Assembly: GCF_021869535.1 (NCBI RefSeq)
Contig: NW_026262734.1
Location: forward strand, 94,426,001 to 94,490,000
DNA: 64,000 nt
Reading direction: 5' to 3'
Source: Mytilus californianus
Lineage: Eukaryota
Shown here: piece by piece, positions 1-14,100 of the stretch
Numbering within the stretch: the first letter of the stretch is position 1
Layout of the letters: every line of letters starts with the position of its first letter
Program-made: the position numbers and the translations under genes
The notes under the pieces: generated by a model
Told to the model about the DNA's origin: nothing
What the model saw: only the letters and a program-made list of their open reading frames with translations
Database searches by the model: none

Positions 1-607
1 CAGCTTCTTGATGTTTTACCTACAATCGCGATTTGTAGTGTAATTGATTTGTTCTGTTATGTTGTTTTATGTTTCTGATGAGTTAGGTACCCGTGTATAG
101 AAGGTGGTAAAAATTTCAGTACTAGTATCTTTACAGTTTGTGATTTGGCGACAAAATTGTTGTTGACTGCATTTGTTACATATAATACCATGTTCAAAAA
201 AGGTTTCGACGAATTGTTTTTTGTTGTTATGAAACTTGTATACAATGGCCTTATTTTAAGTTATGTGTATATTACACCCGCAACATGTAGGCTTAATTTC
301 TATAGAATTAATTCTCGTGTTATTGGTTATGTACAGGCACCTACATCAATTTGACGGCAGTTGTCCCTTGGATATACGTAATAATGTAAACACATGAATA
401 GAAAGTAATTCAAGAGTATGGACAGTCATAGGATTGCACACAATAAGCGATACATTATTTTTCTTTGATACACGTAAAATTATATACTAGTAAACTAACT
501 GAATAGTCAAAATGAACCAGAATGACTCTATGAGTCAAGCAAACATCCGAAAAAATATGATAGAAACTTTAAAATTTAATATAACAACACAAAAAAATGC
601 AAAAGTT

Positions 608-683
608 CTGAGCGAGGTTCGAACCCTTTCTTCAAATTCATCATTTATTAGTAGTTCTGTGCTCTAATGGTGGAGCTACGGCG
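608..683 (-). other. tRNA-like relic (A-box/B-box), probably a SINE head or tRNA pseudogene
   Basis: Minus strand reads gccgTAGCTCcaccatTAGAGCacagaactactaa...GGTTCGAACCtcgc. Acceptor-stem pairing is poor, so it is not called a functional tRNA. Confidence 0.35.
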
Positions 684-1189
684 ATTCTGATCATTATGAC
701 TCTTATTTAGAAGGTATATCGGTACAATTTATCGATGTTACAATTTTTTCTTTAAAAAGTTGTTTTTTATGTAATAAGGACACACTAAACCAATTTCATT
801 TTTGAAGTAAAAAGTAGTATGAATAACAACAGTCATAAAAAGCATAACTTTTTTTTTGGTTTGAAATGTCCTTCTTGGGGGATTCCCTGTTTTTTCCACA
901 TAAAAACACCCGAAAATCCGGATATTGGATTTTCATCATTTTTTAGGGTTAAATTAACTATTGATCACACATATCATACTATATGTAAATCGAGATATTG
1001 ATCAAAAAGCATTTTTATTTTTTTTTTTTATAGTAAATTTTATTCTGTCGGCACTTTTTGAAATTGGCCCTTCTGTGAAAAAAAATCCTCGGCATATTGG
1101 CCCTACCTCTTTCTTTCGTTGGAAAATTAAAATTACCAAACTCTGTGCAGTAATTGTGTGCATACTAAAATCATATCTTCCAGATTAAA

Positions 1190-2110
1190 CAATGGTTACC
1201 TTTGGTCACCCTTCATATATATTGAAACTGGTTACTTCCTAACGCCATACACGTGACAGATATTGTCTTTCGTTTGCTGTCGGCAGTTTACATAGATATA
1301 GATTTTGATTAAAGATTACATCTGGTCGCCATAGAGATTTATTGACTGGTGCCCTCTGGTCACCTTTCACATATATTAACTTTGGTTACCTCTGGTCACC
1401 TAACACAGATATTAACTTCGGTTATCTCTGGTCACCCTACTCATATATTGACTTAGGTTGCCTCTGGTCACCCTTCACATAAAATGACTTTATAACCTCT
1501 TTTCCTACTAAGTTATTGACCTGAGTTACCCCCGCACAATTATCAAACTTGTTAACTTGTAGGCAGTTCACACATATACAGATTTGGGTTACATTTGTCC
1601 CCTACAGATTTATGGACTGGTGCCCTCTGGTCACCCCTTCCCATTTATTGACTTTCTCTACATTTGGTCACCTTACATAGTAATTGACTTTTGTAACCTG
1701 TGGTCATCTTACACATATATTGATTTTAGTTAACTTTAGTCAGGTGACAAAGTTATGAACTTTGGCTAGCTCTGCGACATTTAAACAGATATATATTCTT
1801 TGATTAAATCTGGTCACCCTACGCATATTGTCTTAGTTAACATTCGCTTACCTTACAAATATATTGACTGGTTACATCTTGTCGCCCTTCACTGATAGTG
1901 ACTTTGGTTGACCTCTGGTCACCCTACATAGTTTCTGACTTACTCTGCTAACCCTACACATATGTTGATATTAATTACCTCATGTCATTCTGTAACTTGT
2001 AAACCTTTATTACCTCTTTGCAATTTAAACGGTTATAGACTTAAATAATATGGCACCTATTGTTTATATAATATTGACTGCGGCTACTTCTGGTCACCCT
2101 ACCCAAATAT
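1190..2110 (+). repeat. Degenerate 36-bp minisatellite array (core TGGTTACCTCTGGTCACC), forward orientation, upstream of the Ulp1 gene
   Basis: Recurrent ggttacctctggtcacc variants at ~36-bp spacing. Confidence 0.85.
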
Positions 2111-2183
2111 TGTGATCTTCTGTGCTAAACAAGATTGCACTTCTGTTTTCGTAGAATTCCAAAATTTAAAAGAAACTTAATTG

Positions 2184-5100
2184 ATGTCATTTGTTTCAGG
2201 TATTATTATTTGTATTACTTTGATTGTTAAAAATGATTATTTATTTAAAGCATTTTTTGAAACTATATGGGATTCATGGAAAGGAAATGCTGACGAAAAG
2301 TTTGGTACGGTGTATGGGAATGTTCTTTACGTATCGGATTTAATGAGCTTAAAAATTGAGGAGGAGTTGAATGATCAGGTAACAGTACTAATGGTTTAAT
2401 TTATGTAATAAAGGTTAAACGTTTTCAAAGATCTTGAACTCTCCTCTGAAACTACTGAACCAATTCCAACCAAACGTAAGCTTAATCATCCTTAGGGTAT
2501 CTAAAATAAAATTAAATCTGACATTGGTGAAAAGGTTCATTAGGTAAAGCATTTTCAGACAAATAAAACTACCCATTGTTTGGTTGATGCCACTAAATTG
2601 CTAATTTTTGTGACCCCTTAAAGAGTTACTGGCCTGTAAGTAATTGTGTTTTCTTTTATGCCAAGAAATATAGTCACTATGGCTTAATAGCATATTGGTT
2701 TAAAATGCATTGTTTTGCCATTGAAGAAAATATGACAGATACCAAAAAAAATTAAATACCAATTTGACAATGTAAGCACTACTTTATTTCCATTGAAAAG
2801 CAGAAATAATCATTGATGAAAGATTTAACAACAAAAAAAATGCAGGTAAGTCATTCAGGTTTTTGGAGGTCTTTTGATTTTATTTAGTTCTATAAAATGT
2901 ACAAGGATTTTTTTAAATAATCTGTCTTAAACTGATAACATAATCATGGTACTTTATGTTATGTGTTATCTTGATCAAACTTGTATGTCTTCACCTTTGT
3001 GATATTTAGTTTTGTTGATGGTTTCCTTTGTATCATACTGATTGAAAAGATCTGACCTTATCATTTTCTTTTTTTTTTCAGATAATTAATCTTTATTGTA
3101 GTGTACTGCAAAAACGGACGGATCAGTGTGTACAGGTAAACGAATTAAAAGTATTTATTTAATAACCGTTTTATCATATTTCAGTGCATTTATTTTAGAG
3201 TTGACTGATTTTTTCATCGGCTACTTTAAATCATGCTTTTTTTTTGTAACTTCCAGGATCAATTCATTTAATTTAGCTTTTTCTACATGATCCATTCCTC
3301 CATTAAGGGTATCTGAATTATCATTCTAAACTTGTTTTATGCATTTTTTATTCATTTCCAATTTCACCAAAGTAAACTGTGTATTGTAAAAGTTACTTTC
3401 GCACCCACCACCCTTTTTGCAGAGAATGAAATATTTGTTCCACTAAATCATCTTTTATTTTTTGCCTTTTATATAATTTAAGGTCTTTCTACCTTTCAGT
3501 TGAAAGACTTTTAGCTTTACTAAAGGATTATAATTATTATCATTATTTTGATATTATTATTTATATTTTGTTCGCCTTTTTTAAGTTGAGCTATTATTTT
3601 TAACAGATGTAGCTTTGACTTTGTTTTATATGATATCGTACAGCTTATGAGCTTTCGCCATTGCCCTAACGAAGACTTTTTACTCTCATTAATAGAGTTA
3701 CCTCCCCAATCTCGATTTTGCGTGTAGATACATCTACTGCGATATTTTATTAGTTTACTCAATTACTCGTTACACCCTTATGATGTCATATATTATTTAA
3801 CCGAAGCTATCTGGATATTCCTTATAAGAGTTATATCCCATTTGGAATTGTCGTTAAGGAAATATATGCACAACTCATTAACTATGAGGAAAATGAATTT
3901 ACTTTTATTCCTCGTATTTTTGATGGGTAATTTCATACTGACTTTGAAGAAGTATTGAACCAGGCAAGAAAAACCTTATATAATTTCACGTTCCGATGTA
4001 ATAGAAACAGTTAAATAAATCCAATGTTCTTGTCACACAATTTGTTTTATACATATTTCCGTTTTCCAGAAAGTGTCCCGTGCAGATTGTCTGATTCTGA
4101 CCTCAATTTTTGAAGGGAGGAAAAGCGTAACTTGGTTTAAAAAGGTATAATACTATATAATCATCTGTTATAAACTCTTTTTATATAAGTGCTTTTGATT
4201 TACACATAGATTACTCTTTTTACAGCTAAAAGCTGGATATTACCAATTCGCCTTTCACGTTTTAACAAAATAATAAGACATTCTAACATATTGATGATAT
4301 ATGTAAATTATCAAATGATAAATAATAAAACAATATGCTAAATATTGTATTGTGTATGGTATTATATTGCTGTTTATAAAATGTATTTAATGTTTCATCG
4401 GTCTTTTTTTTATCAGTTTGCAAGTTAATAATAACATTTTACAATACTTTTTTAGGACGATATACAACAGTATGACACTGTCATTGGGTGCATTAATGAC
4501 GGGAAGTGTCATTGGGTTGCTGTGGTAGGTTTATTTGCTCAATTAATGTTATTAATTACACTATTCAGGCATTTTTCCATGAGGTTATAAGTTAATAGAA
4601 AAATGAGTTGCAAGAACAGCATTTCAGACATTTCGTTGAGTTTTTAGTCATGTTAGTTGTTCTTCTATAACTTAATTCAACTTACTTGACTTAATATATA
4701 TATTTTCTCATACATTTTTCCAACTGATTTTGCACTCATTTATATGAAAGCATTTATACTGCATGGAAATGATAGTTAGAAAAGAAATATCAGATATAAA
4801 ATATTGGCTTCTTCGTATAAAATATTATCAAATATTTGCTTCTGAACATTGAGCAACAACCAGTAATTAAGCAAAATATTTATTTTTTTATAAATGTTAA
4901 TGTAAACAGATTTAAGTATGTGAAATTAAAAAGAGAGAATAATTTTTGTTTCAGGTTATGGATGTCCAACACCATATTGTGACAATTATGGACCCGCTCA
5001 AAATATCAAAGAAATTGAGAACATATGAAAAGAATTTCAAGTAAGATTGAAACTGTAGTTACATGACAGTCGTTTATTGCTTTAATGCATGTGATTTGTT

Positions 5101-8100
5101 TCAAAGTAAATTATTTCTGTGTTTGATATATATACTTAAAAAAAAGTTTATAATTCTGAAATTTTCAGAAGTGAGTCACAAGTTATAAGGACAAATCTAG
5201 AGAAATATAATTTGTTAATCTAAAATGAAAATTACTTCTGGTTGATACTGGAATTGAACTATAGTTGTATTATTGATTGCACAGCTTTGTAAATTGAATA
5301 TAGCAGTAAGAACTGAAGACCAGTTATTTTTTTCCAAACGTTGTTGATATCAACTTTAAAACAGCTGCAATTATTTTTTTTCCTACATTAGAAAGGTTGG
5401 TCAAATGAACGGTTTTCTATGGAATGTGCAATATCTCCTTAAGTATCATACATCTAGCTAGACATGTAAGTTCTATGATACAGTCCGGGGTAAGGCAATG
5501 GCTGGCATTATGGCTATAGCCAGCTTGACTTTTTAATATATATCAATTTTAAGTAACACATTTTTCTTTTCATATTATATTATGTAGCTACTTCACTAAA
5601 AGCAGAGATCTTGGTACATGGACAATCTGTACAGCAGTTGGGTATCCTCTGCAAAATGATTTTAGCTCATGTGGTGTTTATTGTTTGAAGGTACATAAAA
5701 CATTGGGCTTTGCATGTATGAATTGAGAGTTAATAAATGAAAGTTCAATTGAAGCTTGAATCTTAAATCAATGATATATATATACTAATAAAGATCACAA
5801 TTTTGCACGCAAAAGACACCCTTGTTGATTTTGAAAAAAAGGCAGAATCGTACAAACAAGATGAACAAAATATTGTTGTAAGTTGTAAACAACTTGTTTC
5901 CCAAACCTGTTTATTTAAATATGTGTAAACAATAACTTGGAATATATATCATGTAAACTATTTCAGTAAAATCCGCAAAGCACAAAGGTTGTGTGAAATT
6001 TAACCAAATCTATGATTTGCATAAATTACTTTAAATGTAATGGAAAGAAAAACAAATAAATATGTGGTACTTTTAATTTACCTTTTGTAAAAAAAACATT
6101 TTTATATCATTATTAGGCCTACATGAATCATTTCAGTAATTTAAACATTCAGTTTTGAACAGGCCATAGAAAATTTACAAAACAATGTGTACATTTAAGA
6201 ATTATTTTTTTAGTTCCTCGACCGATACCTAAGTAAGACAGATACATCTTTGGAATTAAACGTCCAAGCTGAAAGATTCACAATTGGCAGTGAAATTGTT
6301 CAAGCTGTGCGTAAGTAATCAATAGAATAAAAGCATTTACTAATAGTACCGTATGTTATGTAAATACTTAATATCTTCTTGCTAGACAATAAGTGAATCT
6401 AATAAAAAGGGAATATGAATTTTAACATGTTCAATAATGTGTTTGAAATCCTTATCTTTGATGTTTATCTCAATTCATTGATGATTTGTTTTTAATTTTA
6501 TCTATTGTTTCTGACCAAATTTCTTTACGCTATAAATGATGTATTTATGTTTCTTTAATGTATTATTCATTATTGATATGTTATACTTAAAAATGTAGTT
6601 TGGAAATAATAGCTTAATAATTCCGGTTGTTTTCTGTAATAATTTTTCTCTTTTTTCTACAGCTCAAACTGTACTTATTTTTATGATATTCCATGTCTTA
6701 TATATGTATGATAATGTGTTGTTGTCAAATATTACGATCTTATTAATGGAAATATAAACATGGAAAGTAGATGTTTAAAAATCAACTAGTTTTTGTAGGT
6801 CTAATTAAGTTAGCCGATATATTTATGCGATTGTCTTCTTCATATAAACTGCCGCTGTCATCAATGAGCATCACCATCATAATTACCATCTACGGGAAGG
6901 AACGTAAAAAATAACATCAACCAAGTGTAAACATTTTCAATTTTATGACTTATTATCAGCTGCTGCAATTTGTGATTTGGAGCAGAAGAATGTTGTTCCT
7001 AATTCATGTTAACATCTGTTTCTATTTTACTATAGAAACAAAAGGTGCTGTTATGACATGCTTCTTGTGTGCTAAAGAACCAACTAACATGGTAAATATA
7101 CATTTATAGATCGTTGATGTTCAACTTAACAGGGTGCTTTATTATTTTTATTGCTTATTTAAATACGTTTTATGGTTAAAATTGATAATTTTTTAACAGA
7201 ACCTTGTGATATTGTAGGTTAGAATATAAATGTTTTTTTTTATATCAATTTGATGAACTTTCACTAATATTAACATTTTTCGCAATAACTACATTAATTC
7301 ATAGAATTTGAACATGTCTATTAAATATTGCAGAGAGCATGTTCATGCTGTAAAAGGAATTTCCACAAAAAGTGTATGACTCCAGGACTATGCAGTCTGT
7401 GCTCAATTTTTCCACCTGGTGAGTGCAATAGAAAATTCTACCATTTCTAATTTTGTTTAAAGTAATACAATGAAATAGAATTTAATTTGCAAGGACAAAA
7501 TGCGATATAACAAAATTGTAGAATGATCATTGTTCTTCCATTTGTTCAATAATTCTATAAGTTGCGTTTAATTTCATAACAGAAGTCGACTTATTAATTT
7601 TTGTAGATATATTCATGTTGATATTTCTTACATTTTTTATAGATTGCACTAAATGAACTTATTCTAAGATATCTTTGAAATCCAAAGATGTGTTGTTCTC
7701 ACATTCAGACTCACATGGTAAAGGCAGACGTTTAATGTTCCCCCTCATGACTTAGTTGATTAATACAGAATGACGCTGGCATAGGTACCGTTTGCTTAGT
7801 GCACACTACTTTTTAAGTCTTCTTTAAATATTGTCTTTTCAAATGATTTTGTTATATAACTTGTCAGTTTCTTGTTTGCATTGTATAAGCTGTTGGATTT
7901 TATTTATTTTTTTGTTTCTTATATACAGATGTATGGTAATGTATAAAATACTGTGAACTTTTAGTTTGGTGTGCTTTATCCTAAATCTGTATGCTTCAAA
8001 TATAATCAATGTGTAGTCAATATGCCACTACTTTTACATATTATAGTTCTCACTTAATGTTCTGCTTGACACAATAATTACAATTTTCCAAGTTCACGTT

Positions 8101-11100
8101 AAGCTATTAATTTTTTTATGTTTCACCCACACTTATTTAAAAGCACTAAATGGTTCGTGTTGTTCAAGGTAATCTATACTTGACAGAGAGGTTACCCTTT
8201 TTTTATATTGCAATTTAATAATTTGAGTATATATTTTTACTCTGAATTGTACTGACTTTAAAAATATTAACCTTTAGTTTCTCTTCATGGATTTTGTTTA
8301 TTCTTTTTTTTAGAAAAAGTTAGACATTCAAAGAGAGGAAAAAAAGAACAACAACAGGTTTGATATCTATAATTGGTTCATCAAGACTACAGATGATTGT
8401 TGCATAACATTTTAAATGTTTTTTCATTGAAAACACTTTACCATCGAATTTTCTTCCTGATCATCTAAAAAAAATGAACGAACTTGCAAAAATTGTCAAG
8501 AACATTCACAATTAAAAATCGGGTCAATTTATGCTTGTTCTCACTTGATACTTCTGAATAAATCAATTGATTTCCTTATACAATTATTATATTTTTATCT
8601 TCTTTTTTCAGAAGTCCATAGAAATTTTAGATGAGAATGGTATGTATGCATTTAATTTGTTGATTAAATCAATTAATATGATGGATAATACCTTATGCAG
8701 ATTTCAGATTTTGTTAACTCTGATCAACTAATGCAAATATTGAATTTGGTTACCTCTGGTTATCTTATGCAAAAAAGTATTGTATTACCTCTGGTCAACC
8801 TATGCAATTATTGGATTTGATTACCTCTGTTAGTTTATGCAAATAGCGGCTTTTGTTACATCTGGTCAACTTATGCTAAAATAGTATTCGGTTAACTCTG
8901 GTTACCTTCTGCAAATATTTGAATTGTTACCACTGGTCACCTTCCGCATATAGGATTTGGTTACATCTGGTCATCTTACGCATATATAGGATTTGGTTAC
9001 CTCTGTGTACCTTATGCAGATAATTGATTTGGTAACCTCTTGTCACCTAATGAAGATAACGGATTTGGTTACTTCAGGTCAACTTATGTAAATATTGGAA
9101 TACGTTCATCTAGTCACCTATGCTGATATTGGATTTGGTTACCTCTGGTCACCATATGTATTTATTGGATTTGCTAGCTCTTGTCACATAATGTAAATAT
9201 TAGGTTTTGTTACCTCTGCTCACCTTACCGCGATATTGCATCTGAATACTTGTGGTCACCTTGAGAGTGGTTTGTATGCATTTAATTTATTGTATTAAAC
9301 CTTTAATATGATAGATATGTACACAAAGTTCATATAATGCTGCAACTAATATTCTTTTTGAACTTAAAACTTGCAATCGTTTCTGGTAATGGCCACTTAG
9401 GCTTAGTTGAACAAATCATTTTTTGTTTCTTGATTACCTTACACAAATATTTAATTTTGATTACATGTGGTCATTTTTACCAGAAATTAGATCTGTTAAC
9501 CTCTGTTTGCCTTACTACAACGGGGTTACTTCTGGTCACCTTATTCATATATTGGATTTGGTGACCTCTGGTCACCTTATGTTAATAACGGGTTTGGTTA
9601 CCTCTGGTCACCTTATTCATATATTAGATTTGGTTATCTCTGGTCACCTTATGGAAATACTGGATTTGGTTACCTCTGGTCACCTAATGCAGATTTCGGA
9701 TTTGGTGACCTCTGGTCACCTTATGTTAATATTGGATTCGGTTACCTCTGGTCACCATATGCATATTTTAGATTTGGTTATCTCTGGTAATTAACATTTA
9801 CATACAACTAGTTGATGTTTTTCATTTCATTTGTAGAAAGTTTTAGACAATCAAAGAAAGACAAAAAAGAAGAAGAACAGGTTTGATATACATTATGGAT
9901 TCAACAAGAATATAGAATATTATTACATTAAGTTTAATATATTGATAAAACTTTACACAATGATCATTATCTTTCATGCTCATCTACAAACAAATTTAAG
10001 AAAAATCATTGATCTTTAAAACATTGCCAAGAACACTGACAGTTGATAATTAAATAAAATAAAACTGATCCTCATAAGACACTTTTGGATAAATAAAATT
10101 GAATTTACTAATACAATTATCATATGTTTATCTTCTTTTTTCAGAAGTCCTCAGAAAATGTAGATCAGAGTGGTATGTATGCATTTAATTTATTGTATCA
10201 AACCTTTAATATGATGAAAACATACACTATATTTATATAATGCTGCAACTATTATTCTTTTTGAACTTGAAACTTGCAATCGTTTCTGGTAAAATGGCCA
10301 CTTAGGCTCGATTGAACTAATCATTTTTTTTTTGTTTCTTGATTACCTTACACAAATATTTAAGTTGATATCATGTGGTCATCTTAGCCAGAAATGGGAT
10401 TTGTTAACTTCTGTTGGCCTTAATATGCTAGAATGGGGTAACTTCTAGTCACCTTATTCATATATTGGATTTGGTTACCTCTGGTCATCTTATGGAAATA
10501 TAGGATTTGGTGACCTCTGGTCACCTTATGTTAATATTGGATTTGGTTACCTCTGGTCACCTTATGCAGTTTTCAGATTTGGTTATCTCTGGTAAATAAC
10601 ATTTGCATACAACTAGTTGATGTTTTTCATATCATTTGTAGAAAATTTGAGACAATCAAAGAAAGACAAAAAAGAAGAAGAACAGGTTTGATATACATTA
10701 TGGATTCAACAAGAATATGTAATATTATTACATTAAGTTTAATGTACCGATAAAACTTTACACAATGATCATTATCTTTCATGATCATCTACAAACAAAT
10801 TTAAGAAAAATCATTGATCTTTCAAACATTGCCAAGAGCACGGACAGCTGATAGTTCAATAAAATAAAACTGATCCTCATAAGATACTTTTGGATAAATA
10901 AAATTGAATTTACTAATACAATTATCATATACTTATCTTCTTTTTTCAGAAGTCCTCAGAAAATGTAGATGAGAGTGGTATGTATGCATTTAATTCATTG
11001 TATCAAACTTTTAATATGATGGAAACATACACTATATTTATATAATGCTGCAACTATTATTCTTTTTGAACTTGAAACTTGCAATCGTTTCTGGTAAAAT

Positions 11101-14100
11101 GGCCACTTAGGCTCGATTGAACTAATCATTTTTTTTGTTTCTTGATTACCTTACACAAATATTTAAGTTGATATCATGTGGTCATCTTAGCCAGAAATGG
11201 GATTTGTTAACTTCTGTTGGCCTTAATATGCTAGAATGGGGTAACTTCTAGTCACCTTATTCATATATTGGATTTGGTCACCTCTGGTCATCTTATGGAA
11301 ATATTGGATTTGGTGACCTCTGGTCGCCTTATGTTAATATTGGATTTGGTTACCTCTGGTCACCTTATACAGTTTTCAGATTTGGTTATCTCTGGTAAAT
11401 AACATTTGCATACAACTAGTTGATGTTTTTCATATCATTTGTAGAAAATTTGAGACAATCAAAGAAAGACAAAAAAGAAGAAGAACAGGTTTGATATACA
11501 TTATGGATTCAACAAGAATATAGAATATTATTACATTAAGTTTAATGTACCGATAAAACTTTACACAATGATCATTATCTTTCATGATCATCTACAAACA
11601 AATTTATGAAAAATCATTGATCTTTCAAACATTGCGAAGAGCACGGACAGTTGATAATTCAATAAAATAAAACTGATCCTCATAAGATACTTTTGGATAA
11701 ATAAAATTGAATTTACTAATACAATTATCATATACTTATCTTCTTTTTTCAGAAGTCCTCAGAAAATGTAGATGAGAGTGGTATGTATGCATTTAATTCA
11801 TTGTATCAAACTTTTAATATGATGGAAACATACACTATATTTATATAATGCTGCAACTATTATTCTTTTTGAACTTGAAACTTGCAATCGTTTCTGGTAA
11901 AATGGCCACTTAGGCTCGATTGAACTAATCATTTTTTTTGTTTCTTGATTACCTTACACAAATATTTAAGTTGATATCATGTGGTCATCTTAGCCAGAAA
12001 TGGGATTTGTTAACTTCTGTTGGCCTTAATATGCTAGAATGGGGTAACTTCTAGTCACCTTATTCATATATTGGATTTGGTCACCTCTGGTCATCTTATG
12101 GAAATATTGGATTTGGTGACCTCTGGTCGCCTTATGTTAATATTGGATTTGGTTACCTCTGGTCACCTTATACAGTTTTCAGATTTGGTTATCTCTGGTA
12201 AATAACATTTGCATACAACTAGTTGATGTTTTTCATATCATTTGTAGAAAATTTGAGACAATCAAAGAAAGACAAAAAAGAAGAAGAACAGGTTTGATAT
12301 ACATTATGGATTCAACAAGAATATAGAATATTATTACATTAAGTTTAATGTACCGATAAAACTTTACACAATGATCATTATCTTTCATGATCATCTACAA
12401 ACAAATTTAAGAAAAATCATTGATCTTTCAAACATTGCGAAGAGCACGGACAGTTGATAATTAAATAAAATAAAACTGATCCTCATAAGATACTTTTGGA
12501 TAAATAAAATTGAATTTACTAATACAATTATCATATACTTATCTTCTTTTTTCAGAAGTCCTCAGAAAATGTAGATGAGAGTGGTATGTATGCATTTAAT
12601 TCATTGTATCAAACTTTTAATATGATGGAAACATACACTATATTTATATAATGCTGCAACTATTATTCTTTTTGAACTTGAAACTTGCAATCGTTTCTGG
12701 TAAAATGGCCACTTAGGCTCGATTGAACTAATCATTTGTTTTGTTTCTTGATTACCTTACACAAATATTTAAGTTGATATCATGTGGTCATCTTAGCCAG
12801 AAATGGGATTTGTTAACTTCTGTTGGCCTTAATATGCTAGAATGGGGTAACTTCTAGTCACCTTATTCATATATTGGATTTGGTCACCTCTGGTCATCTT
12901 ATGGAAATATTGGATTTGGTGACCTCTGGTCGCCTTATGTTAATATTGGATTTGGTTACCTCTGGTCACCTTATACAGTTTTCAGATTTGGTTATCTCTG
13001 GTAAATAACATTTGCATACAACTAGTTGATGTTTTTCATATCATTTGTAGAAAATTTGAGACAATCAAAGAAAGACAAAAAAGAAGAAGAACAGGTTTGA
13101 TATACATTATGGATTCAACAAGAATATAGAATATTATTACATTAAGTTTAATGTACCGATAAAACTTTACACAATGATCATTATCTTTCATGATCATCTA
13201 CAAACAAATTTAAGAAAAATCATTGATCTTTCAAACATTGCGAAGAGCACGGACAGTTGATAATTAAATAAAATAAAACTGATCCTCATAAGATACTTTT
13301 GGATAAATAAAATTGAATTTACTAATACAATTATCATATACTTATCTTCTTTTTTCAGAAGTCCTCAGAAAATGTAGATGAGAGTGGTATGTATGCATTT
13401 AATTCATTGTATCAAACTTTTAATATGATGGAAACATACACTATATTTATATAATGCTGCAACTATTATTCTTTTTGAACTTGAAACTTGCAATCGTTTC
13501 TGGTAAAATGGCCACTTAGGCTCGATTGAACTAATCATTTTTTTTGTTTCTTGATTACCTTACACAAATATTTAAGTTGATATCATGTGGTCATCTTAGC
13601 CAGAAATGGGATTTGTTAACTTCTGTTGGCCTTAATATGCTAGAATGGGGTAACTTCTAGTCACCTTATTCATATATTGGATTTGGTTACCTCTGGTCAT
13701 CTTATGGAAATATAGGATTTGGTGACCTCTGGTCACCTTATGTTAATATTGGATTTGGTTACCTCTGGTCACCTTATGTAGTTTTCAGATTTGGTTATCT
13801 CTGGTAAATAACATTTGCATACAACTAGTTGATGTTTTTCATATCATTTGTAGAAAATTTGAGACAATCAAAGAAAGACAAAAAAGAAGAAGAACAGGTT
13901 TGATATACATTATGGATTCAACAAGAATATAGAATATTATTACATTAAGTTTAATGTACCGATAAAACTTTACACAATGATCATTATCTTTCATGATCAT
14001 CTACAAACAAATTTAAGAAAAATCATTGATCTTTCAAACATTGCGAAGAGCACGGACAGTTGATAATTAAATAAAATAAAACTGATCCTCATAAGATACT

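Noticed and set aside
1040-1192. Possible outer TIR matching the reverse complement of 43240-43340
   Set aside because: Only patchy similarity (A-run, ggc..atattg) and no matching 9-bp TSD, so the true termini cannot be called.
5392-5465. Candidate Ulp1 exon with AG and GTAAGT
   Set aside because: In-frame TAG in the required phase; the 5040 to 5588 junction already gives a continuous domain.
9423-9794. ORFs with repeated LVTSGHLMQILD or VTSGHPTKILNM (also 18600-18866, 39877-40425, 40951-41286, 41083-41535, 42413-42781)
   Set aside because: They are translations of a 36-bp minisatellite whose unit length is a multiple of three. They are open on both strands, lie in introns or flanks and have no splice support.
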